A stretch of 64,000 nt of DNA from a candidate division WOR-3 bacterium (GTDB lineage: Bacteria; Hydrothermota; Tepidihabitantia; Tepidihabitantales; Tepidihabitantaceae). Below are positions 55,967-64,000 of this stretch, piece by piece. The stretch is from positions 56,794 to 120,793 of the forward strand of contig CBFGKH010000007.1 in NCBI GenBank assembly GCA_965649295.1. The letters run 5' to 3'. The first letter of the stretch is position 1. The number at the start of each line of letters is the position of its first letter. The translations under genes were made by a program, and so were the position numbers. The notes under the pieces are model-generated. The model was not told the origin of the DNA and did not search any database. It was given only the letters and a program-made list of their open reading frames with translations.

Positions 55967-56455
55967 CTAGAGGCGCGCGAGGTGAGACTCGAACCCGAGG
56001 ACTACGGTCTTCTGACCCCGGCGAGCGACCTTGTGGCCCTCGGCCCGAAGGAGCTTGGCGACGGCAGCAATGCCGCCGGGGTACTTCGGATTCAGTTCGC
56101 CACCGGCTTTGAGCGTGCGCCAGTAGGGGGTGATGCGTTTGTCGCCGGCAGCACGCCGTTCTTCGGCTGCGTGGGCGGCAATCCAGGCGAAGATGCCGGT
56201 TGTCAGCGGACAGGCGATGTCGGTTTTGTGCTTGCGAGCAAGGGCCTGCCGGATTTCGGTGATGGTCACGAGTTTGCCTTTGGGCACGCGGCGCATCAGT
56301 TCGTCCACCTCCAATGGAGCGGGGATGACAAATGTGCCGGTACCCCAACGTTTGTTCATCCGTTCGTCAATCGGCGCGATGCGGGGCAGGCCTTTGGCGT
56401 CGGTCAGTTTCTGCTGCCAGGTTTTCTTTTTGTCAGACTGGCGGCGACTGGTCGT
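55967..56455 (-). CDS. MGMT/Ada DNA-binding-domain (ATL-like) protein
   Basis: KKTWQQKL, VPKGKLVT, ACPLTTGIF, PYWRTLK.GGELN.KYPGG; frame open to 56461, first plausible start is ACG at 56455 (next ATG 56359). Confidence 0.75.
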   Translation of the reverse strand, partial: TTSRRQSDKKKTWQQKLTDAKGLPRIAPIDERMNKRWGTGTFVIPAPLEVDELMRRVPKGKLVTITEIRQALARKHKTDIACPLTTGIFAWIAAHAAEERRAAGDKRITPYWRTLKAGGELNPKYPGGIAAVAKLLRAEGHKVARRGQKTVVLGFESHLARL

Positions 56456-56473
56456 AGTTCTACCCTAGCCTTC

Positions 56474-56896
56474 TTAGCGTTGGATGCTGAGCGGAACGAT
56501 GACGTCGTAGTTCGGAACGGTGTCGGCAGGGAAGTATTCGGCGGTGTCGGCATAGGTGCGGCCGCCGTAGATAAACCAGGCGCGGGCGCGGACACCGGTG
56601 GTGTAGGTGCCGGTGGCCCGTTCGTAGCGGAAGGTGGTGGTATAGGCAAGTGTTGCCTCGCCGTTGCCGTCGGTGGTGCGGTCGTCGTCAAGCTCGAATC
56701 CGGGCAGGACATTGCCGCTGCGGTCAATGACGTCGGTGTGGATGAAGAGGCGCTGGCCCGCAACCGGCCGTCCCTGGGAGTCGGTGACGGTGACGACAGC
56801 GCGGATTATCCAGGTGCGGTCGGCATACTTGCAGGCGAAGAGCGGCAGCAGGAGCGCCGGCAGGAGAAAAGAGAGCAGGCGGAGCTGGTAGCGCAC
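56474..56896 (-). CDS. Hypothetical lipoprotein with Ig-like fold
   Basis: Lipobox LFAC; VTVTDSQGRPVAGQ...TTDGNGEATL. Confidence 0.7.
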   Translation of the reverse strand: MRYQLRLLSFLLPALLLPLFACKYADRTWIIRAVVTVTDSQGRPVAGQRLFIHTDVIDRSGNVLPGFELDDDRTTDGNGEATLAYTTTFRYERATGTYTTGVRARAWFIYGGRTYADTAEYFPADTVPNYDVIVPLSIQR

Positions 56897-56976
56897 AGTA
56901 GGTTATAGCACGGGGAAGTGGTCAAGTCAAAGGGCAAAGCGCAGCGGACAGATGGGAGAGAGTGGTGGATGCCGGA

Positions 56977-57498
56977 CTAGCGGCCGGCGTCCAGCTCGAT
57001 TCGGGCTGAGTCGAGCTGGTTGACAATGGCCTGGCGCAGGGTGGCGAGTGAGTCGGGGTCGTCGGTCAGCTCGATTTCGAGGACGAGGTTGCGGGCCAGT
57101 CCGAGCCGCGCCCGAACCGGGCCGACTACTTCTTCAGCACCCGGGCCGATTCGGTCAGCAGCGGTCTCAGCAGCCTGTTCGAGTCGCTCAATTCGCTGCA
57201 GAACGGCAGTGGCAAAGGCTTCGGCACTGTCAGGGGTGACCTGGGCACGGAGCGGGTCGCGGTTGCGGAGGCTCGCGATGATAAAAGTGCCGATGGCGAT
57301 GGCGCCGATGGTGGCGACCAGAATTGCGGTGATGTCGCGCCAGCCGGGACCGGTCGGTTTGGGTGCTGGCGGCAGGCCAATTTCCGGGCCGGTTGTGTCT
57401 GGGCTTTGGCGGATGCGGGGGTCGAGCTTGGTGCGGCACTCGCGGCAGAACCGGGCTGTGTCGTCGTTGGGCTGGCCGCACGCCGGGCAGACGTTCAT
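56977..57498 (-). CDS. Zinc-ribbon + TM + helical domain protein
   Basis: CPACG...FCREC, Pro-rich linker, one TM. Confidence 0.78.
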   Translation of the reverse strand: MNVCPACGQPNDDTARFCRECRTKLDPRIRQSPDTTGPEIGLPPAPKPTGPGWRDITAILVATIGAIAIGTFIIASLRNRDPLRAQVTPDSAEAFATAVLQRIERLEQAAETAADRIGPGAEEVVGPVRARLGLARNLVLEIELTDDPDSLATLRQAIVNQLDSARIELDAGR

Positions 57499-57610
57499 CG
57501 GTAGCAGGGGTTGGTGCTAGTCAAAGGGAAATCGCCCGGTCGGGGGAGAGCCGAGCGCGAGACTGCTGAGTTTGGCATGGCGGGCAGAATAGACCGCTGG
57601 CAGCGGGTTG

Positions 57611-58351
57611 TCAAATCGGGCTGGGGCGAAAGGAGCGGAGCAGGAGCGAGGGAAAGTGGGTTTGGACAAAATCGAGGATGACCGGCAGAAGTCGGGATAC
57701 GATAGCGTCGGCATTGGTGAGTGAGGAGGCCGGAGTGTGGAGCAGGTGGTCGAGCAGCCCGATTTCGGCTGGGCTGAGGAGAACGCCGGGTTCATCGCCG
57801 GCGCAGGCCGGGCAGATGATGCCACCGGCCTCGGCGGCGAACCATGCCGACTGTTCGCGAATTGGCTGTCGACAGCGCAGGCACTGGCGTAGCCCGGGCC
57901 GGAATCCGCCAAAGCTGGCAGCCTTGAGCAGGAACGAGCCGACCAAGGTGGTGAAGCCGGTCTCGGCCTGCTCAATGACGCCGAGATAGGTGTCGAGCAG
58001 GCCGAAGAGTTGGGGATTCTGGTCTTGGGGAGGGGCAGTGCGCAGGGCAAGTTCGGTAACCTGTTCGGCAGCGAGATACCGTTCTGGTCGGAGTGCGATG
58101 CCGGAGTGGGCGTTGACCAGTTCGGCATCGGCAATCGTGTAGAGGGAGCGGCTTTCGTGCCAGTAGTAGATGATGCGGGAGCGGGCAAAGAGGTCGAGGG
58201 CGGCGCCAAACTTGCTTTTGGGCCGGCGCGCGCCTTTGGCCAGGCCGGTGACCCGGCCATGGTCGGCGGTGAGCAGGGTGACGAGCTTGCTCGATTCCTT
58301 GTACTCCTGAACGTGGAGGCAGATGGCGTCGAGGCGGAGGATGCGGCGCAT
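57611..58351 (-). CDS. recO: DNA repair protein RecO
   Basis: YKESSKLVTLLT..HGRV..LAKGARRPKSKF, CLRC...CPAC. Confidence 0.93.
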   Translation of the reverse strand: MRRILRLDAICLHVQEYKESSKLVTLLTADHGRVTGLAKGARRPKSKFGAALDLFARSRIIYYWHESRSLYTIADAELVNAHSGIALRPERYLAAEQVTELALRTAPPQDQNPQLFGLLDTYLGVIEQAETGFTTLVGSFLLKAASFGGFRPGLRQCLRCRQPIREQSAWFAAEAGGIICPACAGDEPGVLLSPAEIGLLDHLLHTPASSLTNADAIVSRLLPVILDFVQTHFPSLLLRSFRPSPI

Positions 58352-58411
58352 GTCAGGAAGAGACTGAGCAGCGGGCGAGATGCAATCGCAGGACTGAGCC
58401 GACAGCGGGCA

Positions 58412-59347
58412 TCAGGCTTCGGAGCGGATTTCGCCGACGAGTTCTTCAATCAGGTCTTCGAGTGAGACGATGCCGGTGACACGGTCCTGCTCGTCGGTGA
58501 CCACGGCCAGGTGCTCGCCGCGCCGCTGAAGCTGACGCAGTACTGCCAGAGCGCGGCTCTGGCCGGGTACGCGGGAGATGCGGCGGATGCGATGGGCAGG
58601 CGCGGCCAGCAGGTCCTTGACCACGATTACGCCGGTGATGTTGTCAGGTCGGTCGGTATATACCGGAATGCGGGAGAAACCGTATTCGCTGGTGACGGCC
58701 ATTATCTCGTTCAGGCCGGCGTCGTGGCGCACCGACTTCACTTCCTCAATCGGTATCTGGATTTCGGCGACCGGCATGGCGGAGAAGCGGAACAGCCGTT
58801 TGGCAATCTGGGCGGTGCGGGGAGCAGCCGCACCGGCCCGGCGGCTGAGCGCGGCGACATAGTCTTCGGGTGTGATTGTCGGCTCGCCGCGAGTTGCCGG
58901 CCGCGGGCCAAGGAGTCGGCCAATGCCGCTTAGAACAAAGACGAGCGGCCAGAAGAGAATTCGCACGGTTCCGAGTGGCAGGGCAGCGCGCCGCAGCCAG
59001 CGGTTGGGGAAGGCCTGACCAATGGTCTTGGGCAGGTATTCGCTGCCGACAAAGGCGGCCGCGACAGCAATCAGCACGGCGATGGGCGCGGCTGCTGGGC
59101 CGAAATGGAGGGTGAAGAATCGGGTGAGGAGGATGGAGAGGAAGTTGTAGGCAAGATTGGTGCCGATGAGAATCGTGACGATTGCCTGGTCCCGCTGGTC
59201 GAGCAGGGTCAGGGCAGCGCGGGCGCCGGCCAGGCCGCGTTCGGCCCAGTTGGTGAGTCGAATCCAGTTGGCGCGGTAGAGCGAGGCCTCGGTGGCGCAG
59301 AAAAACGCGCCGGCACCAATCAGGAAGAGGGCGGCAATTGGTTCCAT
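58412..59347 (-). CDS. CNNM (DUF21)-CBS domain protein, no CorC domain
   Basis: FFCATEASL, ILIGTNL, SEYLPKT, FSRIPVY, GIVSLEDLIEELVGEI. Confidence 0.88.
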   Translation of the reverse strand: MEPIAALFLIGAGAFFCATEASLYRANWIRLTNWAERGLAGARAALTLLDQRDQAIVTILIGTNLAYNFLSILLTRFFTLHFGPAAAPIAVLIAVAAAFVGSEYLPKTIGQAFPNRWLRRAALPLGTVRILFWPLVFVLSGIGRLLGPRPATRGEPTITPEDYVAALSRRAGAAAPRTAQIAKRLFRFSAMPVAEIQIPIEEVKSVRHDAGLNEIMAVTSEYGFSRIPVYTDRPDNITGVIVVKDLLAAPAHRIRRISRVPGQSRALAVLRQLQRRGEHLAVVTDEQDRVTGIVSLEDLIEELVGEIRSEA

Positions 59348-59350
59348 TGG

Positions 59351-60598
59351 CTAGTCGGCGTCGGGCTGGGAGCAGACCACGACTTTTTCGAGCTTGGTGC
59401 CGTCGGTTTCGCGGACGGTTATTTCGATCTGGCCATGCCGGATGCGGTCGCCGGGAACCGGCAGCCGGCCCAACCGTTCGTGGATGAATGACGACAGGCG
59501 TTCGTGGTCAATGTTGCGGAAGGCGTTGGCAAAGAGCCGGTTGAGCGTGGCTAGGTCAATCTCGCCGTCAACGAGATAGCAGCCGTTCTCGACTTTGGAA
59601 TAGGGCAGTTCTTCGGCCAGGTCGTATTCGTCGGTAATCTCGCCGAAGACGGCTTCGAGCAGGTCTTCGAGAGTGACCAGCCCGGCAGTCTGGCCGAACT
59701 CGTCAACGACGATGGCGATGTGGGAGCCGCGGCGCCGTAGCTCGTCAAGGAGCTGCGGCAAGGGCTTGACCTCGGGCACAAAATAGGGTGGCCGGGCAAT
59801 GGCTGAGACCGGGGTCTGCTCGTCGGTTGCAGCCAGCAGTTCCCGGACATGAATCGTACCGGTAATGCGGTCAACCGTCTCGCGATAGACTGGCAGGCGC
59901 GAGAATCCGGCCCGCCGACAGATGGCCGTCGCCTCAGCCACGGTTGTCGTTTCCGGCACCGCGACAATGTCAATACGTGGGGTCATCACTTCCGAGACAG
60001 TCCGGCGGTCGAGGTCAATCAGGTTGCGCAGCACCTCATCTTCGGTGCCCTGGAGGATGCCTTGGTTGCGGCCAAGCTCAACCATCGTGTGGAGCTCGTC
60101 GTCGGTGAGGGCATCGGGTTCAGGCCGGCGCGGAGCCAGGCGCCGGGCAAGACCGGCGACGAGTAGCACTGCTGGCCGCAGGACAAATCCGACGGCTGGT
60201 AGCGCCTGGGCCGAAACCAGCGCAAAGCGGGTCGGTATGCGACTGGCAATGACTTTGGGCGTGACCTCGCTCAGCACCAGGACCAGCGCGGTCTCAACTA
60301 TGCCGCCCAAGCCAATGATTAGTGCCTCGCTTCCGCCGGTGCGTCGAACAATGCCGAGCAGAACAATCGTGACCAGCGCGGCGATGACCATGTTGACTAT
60401 CAGATTGCCGAGCAGAATCGTGCCGAGCAGCCGGCCCGGGTCACGCAGTAGCGACTCGATGCGGCGGCTCGTACCCGGATGGGTGGTGCGGAGTTTCTCG
60501 CGCTGGCCGGGCGTGAGCGAGAAGAGGGCGGTCTCGGAGCCGGAGAAGAAAGCTGAGCAGAGTAGGAGCAGGACGATGGCGAGAGCCGCGAAGAACAT
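59351..60598 (-). CDS. Hemolysin-family CNNM-CBS-CorC protein
   Basis: [45 protein letters not shown]. Confidence 0.92.
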   Translation of the reverse strand: MFFAALAIVLLLLCSAFFSGSETALFSLTPGQREKLRTTHPGTSRRIESLLRDPGRLLGTILLGNLIVNMVIAALVTIVLLGIVRRTGGSEALIIGLGGIVETALVLVLSEVTPKVIASRIPTRFALVSAQALPAVGFVLRPAVLLVAGLARRLAPRRPEPDALTDDELHTMVELGRNQGILQGTEDEVLRNLIDLDRRTVSEVMTPRIDIVAVPETTTVAEATAICRRAGFSRLPVYRETVDRITGTIHVRELLAATDEQTPVSAIARPPYFVPEVKPLPQLLDELRRRGSHIAIVVDEFGQTAGLVTLEDLLEAVFGEITDEYDLAEELPYSKVENGCYLVDGEIDLATLNRLFANAFRNIDHERLSSFIHERLGRLPVPGDRIRHGQIEITVRETDGTKLEKVVVCSQPDAD

Positions 60599-60655
60599 TG
60601 GCTAGCAGCGGGCAGCGGGTTTGGCGATAGCCGGTTTCATCGCTGTCGAGCCGAA

Positions 60656-61060
60656 CTAGTCGCGGCCGAGAAAGCGGCGGTAAAACGGCTCCATCTGGCG
60701 GTGAGTCAGGCCGAGCAGATGGAGAACGCCGTGCAGGATGAGTCGCTGCAGTTCATCGTGATAGCCGACACCGTAGCGGCGGGCCTGCTGGCGGGCAGTA
60801 TCTCGGGAGACATAGACTTCACCAAGCGGAAGTGATGGTTGTCGGTTGGGGACTAGTGGCTGAAGCTTGAATGACAGGACATCGGTGGGCCGGTCGCGGC
60901 GGCGATAGCGGCGGTTCAGGTCTTGAATATAGCGGTCGTTTACGAAGATGACCGAAACCGCGATAGCCGGTGATTTGAACTCGCGGTCGAGCTGCCGAAC
61001 CAGCCGCCGAGTGGCCGCCAGCAGGCGCTGGTCACGGGTGCCAAATACCATTACTCTCAT
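60656..61060 (-). CDS. ybeY: rRNA maturation endoribonuclease YbeY
   Basis: LNRRYRRRDRPTDVLSF, LGEVYVS, HGVLHLLG..H. Confidence 0.93.
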   Translation of the reverse strand: MRVMVFGTRDQRLLAATRRLVRQLDREFKSPAIAVSVIFVNDRYIQDLNRRYRRRDRPTDVLSFKLQPLVPNRQPSLPLGEVYVSRDTARQQARRYGVGYHDELQRLILHGVLHLLGLTHRQMEPFYRRFLGRD

Positions 61061-61110
61061 TGCTCAGTCAACACCAGTCCTGCTTCATACCTAGCCACCA
61101 GCATTAGACA

Positions 61111-61194
61111 CCCGAGACTCTTCCTTTGTCATCCCGAGGAGCGCAGCGCCGAGGGATCGCCTATCCGTCGCCTCACATCGGCCCAGCATGGCAT
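61111..61194. repeat. Second, inverted copy of the REP/MITE-like element
   Basis: TGTCATCCCGAGGAGCGCAGCGCCGAGGGATCGCCT (61127-61162) is 35/36 identical to the reverse complement of 55007-55042; weaker flanking similarity. Confidence 0.75.
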
Positions 61195-61237
61195 TCACTG
61201 CAACAGCTAGCCCGGTACTGCCTTCTATCATCAGGGC

Positions 61238-62233
61238 CTATTCGCGTGCAGCACTCGTCCCGTTGGTTCGGTCATAGGCCTTGATGATGCGCGAGACCAG
61301 CGGTGGCCTGACCACGTCGGCGTCGGTTAGCTGGATAATGGCGATGCCCGGCACATTGGCCAGGCGCTCGCTTGCGTCAATCAGGCCGGAGACGTGGTGG
61401 CTGGCGAGGTCAATTTGAGTCACGTCGCCGGTAACAATTGCCTTGGAATTCCAGCCCAGCCGGGTGAGAAACATCCGCATCTGGGTTGAGGTCGTGTTCT
61501 GGGCTTCGTCGAGGATGATATAGGCGTCGGAAAGAGTCCGGCCACGCATGAACGCCAGCGGCGCGACCTCGATGACCTCCTGTTCAATCAGACGCTGGGT
61601 GCGTTCCAGGGGCATCATGTCAAAGAGGGCGTCATAGAGCGGACGCAGGTAGGGGTCAACCTTCTCTTTGAACGAGCCGGGCAGATAGCCAAGCGATTCG
61701 CCGGCTTCGACTGCTGGCCGGGTGAGGATGATGCGGCTGCAGCGGCCAGAAGTGAGCGAGGCGAGGGCGGCTGCCACTGCCAAATAGGTCTTGCCGGTGC
61801 CAGCCGGACCAATAGCAAAGATGATGTCGTTGTCGGTCATCGCCGCGAGGTAGGCTCGCTGGTTGCGTGTCTTGGGGACTATCGTCTTGCGCGGAGTCTT
61901 GAGCGCCAATGCTTCGGATTCGGTCGGCTGGGCACTGCCGCCAGACCGCTGACTGCGCAACAGTCGCGAGGCAAGGGCGTCAATGAACTCCGGTGACACT
62001 GGCTCGCCGTTGCGGCAGCGAGTGATAATAGTGTTGATGGTCTCCAGCAGGGCAGCCTCTTCCTCTTTTGGGCCGGAGAGATTGAGGCAGCCGGCGCGGG
62101 CGACGATACGGGTGCGGAAGTGACGGCTGAGCGCGTGGAGATTGGCGTCTGCCGGCCCAAGCAGGATTAGCGGGTCAATATCCTCAACCGTTATCGAATG
62201 GACGCAGTTATCAGACTGGGATGGCTCTTTCAT
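61238..62233 (-). CDS. phoH: PhoH family ATPase
   Basis: GPAGTGKTYLA, RPAVEAGE.LG.LPG, PLAFMRGRT, DEAQN; promoter TTGACC-17-TAAAAT at 62308-62336. Confidence 0.96.
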   Translation of the reverse strand: MKEPSQSDNCVHSITVEDIDPLILLGPADANLHALSRHFRTRIVARAGCLNLSGPKEEEAALLETINTIITRCRNGEPVSPEFIDALASRLLRSQRSGGSAQPTESEALALKTPRKTIVPKTRNQRAYLAAMTDNDIIFAIGPAGTGKTYLAVAAALASLTSGRCSRIILTRPAVEAGESLGYLPGSFKEKVDPYLRPLYDALFDMMPLERTQRLIEQEVIEVAPLAFMRGRTLSDAYIILDEAQNTTSTQMRMFLTRLGWNSKAIVTGDVTQIDLASHHVSGLIDASERLANVPGIAIIQLTDADVVRPPLVSRIIKAYDRTNGTSAARE

Positions 62234-62637
62234 TGTCGGGAATATGGGAACCTGGGCAGCGGTAGGCTGCCTTGTGCCGGACTGGTCTTGTGTCCAACTG
62301 CAATCGTATTTTATCCCTGACGGCTCAGACGGTCAAGCAAGATGAGGTCAGCGGGTCTGCTCGGCAATCTCTTGTACGCGGACGACACTTGGAACGATGA
62401 TCGATTCGCGGCGTGCGACTGCGGTCTTCGCCATCCGGACGCTAACCTCAGCTATCTGCCTGAAGTGACGCGACTTGACACAGGCTGTCGCGGATGGTAT
62501 CATTACTACGGTCTAATGCGGCCCAAGGAAAGGGTTACAGAAAGAAAAGCCGCGGTCTCACAGAGGCTGCGCTATGCAATCAGCAAAGCAAGCGGGGAGA
62601 CTAGAGCCCCGATTTGATTGTCAGCACGGGAGGTAAA

Positions 62638-64000
62638 ATGCTGAGACAGTTCCATTCTGCCAGAATCGCCCTCGCGGTTGTGCTGCTGCTAGGAGCAGCC
62701 GTACCGGCTTGGGCCATAACCGTAACCAGCACCGGCAGCGGAAACTGGGGTGCGGCAATCTGGACGCCCAGCCCACCGGCTTTCGGAGACGATGTCATCA
62801 TCGCTGCCGGCCACACGGTTACTCTCAACGTCAATCCACCAGACCTTGGCAGTCTCACAGTCAATGGCACTCTGCAGCGACCCAGCGATGCCAGCAACTA
62901 CCAGCTCTATGTTTTGGGTAACATCACAGTTGCTGTTGGTGGTTCAATTAACTTCTCGGCTGGAACCGGGGTTGTCACCGTGACCTGCGATGGGTCGGTG
63001 ACAAACAACAGCGCCTCGGCCAGTGCACTGAATCTCACTCGCTGCCCGCTGACTGTTGGCGGCACTTTGAATAACAATGCTGGTACGATTACCACGACGA
63101 CTGGCAACGTTACTGTTACCGGTCTTTACACGAATGCCAGCGGAGCGACTCACAACCATACCGGCGCCGGCGTAGTGCAGTTCAACGGCGGTTTCACTAA
63201 CTCCGGGATTTACGCACACTCCGGCACCGGCGCGCTGACAATCGGTGGCACCGGCCTGAATAATGCGGTTGCCGGTGCCTCCTTCACATGCGCGGCTGCT
63301 AGTCTGACAATCAATGGCGGGTTGCAGAACAGCGCCAATACCTGCACCTACAGCGCAGCTGGTCCATTCAACATCACTGGCAATGTGACGAACTCCGGTA
63401 CTTTTACCATTTCCGGTGCCGCGAACGTCACCGTTGACCCAAACTTCACCAACACTGGGACGGTGAATTTCTCCTACAATCCGGGTGCGGCGGCAAGCTG
63501 TTCGCTCTATGTTGTCGGCGACCTGAACAACAATGCCGGGTCGTTCACGCTGAACCACCACGGTCTGCGAGTGGGCGGCAACTTGACCAATGGCGGCACG
63601 TTCACCAAGGCCGGTACCAATAACTTTATCCGGCCGATGCGGGTGCTGGGCAAGCTGGTGAACAACTCCAAGTTCTACGTCACTACCACCAGCACGATCT
63701 ACAATCTCTATGTCGGCGACACCCTGCGTAATGAGGACTCGATCAACGTCGCCGGTGCGACCACCCGGAATGACACAGTTGGTTCGCTCGTAAACAACAA
63801 GTCTATTGTCTATGGTGCTCAGGGACTGGTTGTCTGGCGTGAGGCCGGCGAGGCTAACTTCGCTAACAGCGTTGCGACCAGTCGCTTCAACCGCACCGGC
63901 AACGGTCTGACCGAGGTTAAGGACAACCACACCAACGCCGGTCTTGATACGATTCAGGGAACCGGTGCCTTCACAGTTGGTGGTGTCTTGAACAACAGCG
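62638..64000 (+). CDS. Large secreted G8-like/beta-helix repeat protein (partial, runs off the window)
   Basis: GGGAGG SD + ATG 62638; MLRQFHSARIALAVVLLLGAAVPAWA|ITVTSTGSGNW...DDVIIAAGHTVTL; repeated VGGxLxNxG units; promoter TTGACA-17-TATCAT at 62475-62503. Confidence 0.85.
   Translation, partial: MLRQFHSARIALAVVLLLGAAVPAWAITVTSTGSGNWGAAIWTPSPPAFGDDVIIAAGHTVTLNVNPPDLGSLTVNGTLQRPSDASNYQLYVLGNITVAVGGSINFSAGTGVVTVTCDGSVTNNSASASALNLTRCPLTVGGTLNNNAGTITTTTGNVTVTGLYTNASGATHNHTGAGVVQFNGGFTNSGIYAHSGTGALTIGGTGLNNAVAGASFTCAAASLTINGGLQNSANTCTYSAAGPFNITGNVTNSGTFTISGAANVTVDPNFTNTGTVNFSYNPGAAASCSLYVVGDLNNNAGSFTLNHHGLRVGGNLTNGGTFTKAGTNNFIRPMRVLGKLVNNSKFYVTTTSTIYNLYVGDTLRNEDSINVAGATTRNDTVGSLVNNKSIVYGAQGLVVWREAGEANFANSVATSRFNRTGNGLTEVKDNHTNAGLDTIQGTGAFTVGGVLNNS

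Noticed and set aside
55982..58449. Long alternative ORFs 55982-56908 (+) and 57517-58449 (-)
   Set aside because: High-GC shadow or off-frame ORFs overlapping better-supported genes (MGMT-like, lipoprotein, recO).
55043..61126. Invertible segment/shufflon bounded by the inverted repeats
   Set aside because: No recombinase nearby, and genes inside are co-oriented with those outside (phoH-ybeY order intact); better explained as dispersed REP-like repeats.
62944..63930. 328-aa minus-strand ORF
   Set aside because: Shadow of the + strand secreted protein starting at 62638.

Overview
GC-rich bacterial chromosome window. The lineage is probably candidate division WOR-3 or a related FCB-adjacent anaerobe; this is an inference from the Kelch/CARDB proteins with T9SS-like C-terminal tails. 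0.5-7.7 kb is an S10-spc ribosomal protein operon that stops after rplF, preceded by an internally deleted IS1202/ISNCY-like remnant. 7.8-29 kb is mostly housekeeping (tRNA-Glu, ttcA-like, PMM/PGM, metG, tatD, rsmA, dut, rnhA, tRNA-Val, purQ, tolB-like, apgM, stand-alone IMP cyclohydrolase). It also holds an uncharacterised four-gene membrane operon (DUF6754-type) co-oriented with tolB. 29-35 kb has a 1.4k-aa secreted modular protein and an acidic pilin. 35-56 kb is an accessory, decaying region. It contains three arsC paralogues, a fluoride riboswitch controlling a CPA2 antiporter, zinc-ribbon membrane proteins, an active/inactive pair of Holliday-junction-resolvase-like nucleases and a frameshifted DUF433/DUF5615 TA. 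It also contains an ars operon whose acr3 is split by a 2.5-kb cassette, a C1 peptidase and an internally deleted ADP-ribosylglycohydrolase. 57-64 kb has recO, two CNNM/hemolysin genes, ybeY, phoH and the start of a large secreted beta-helix-like protein that the ORF track missed. Across the window, most sigma70-type promoters have a 16-bp rather than 17-bp spacer, and many point directly at start codons (leaderless mRNAs). All calls are by eye; no searches were run.
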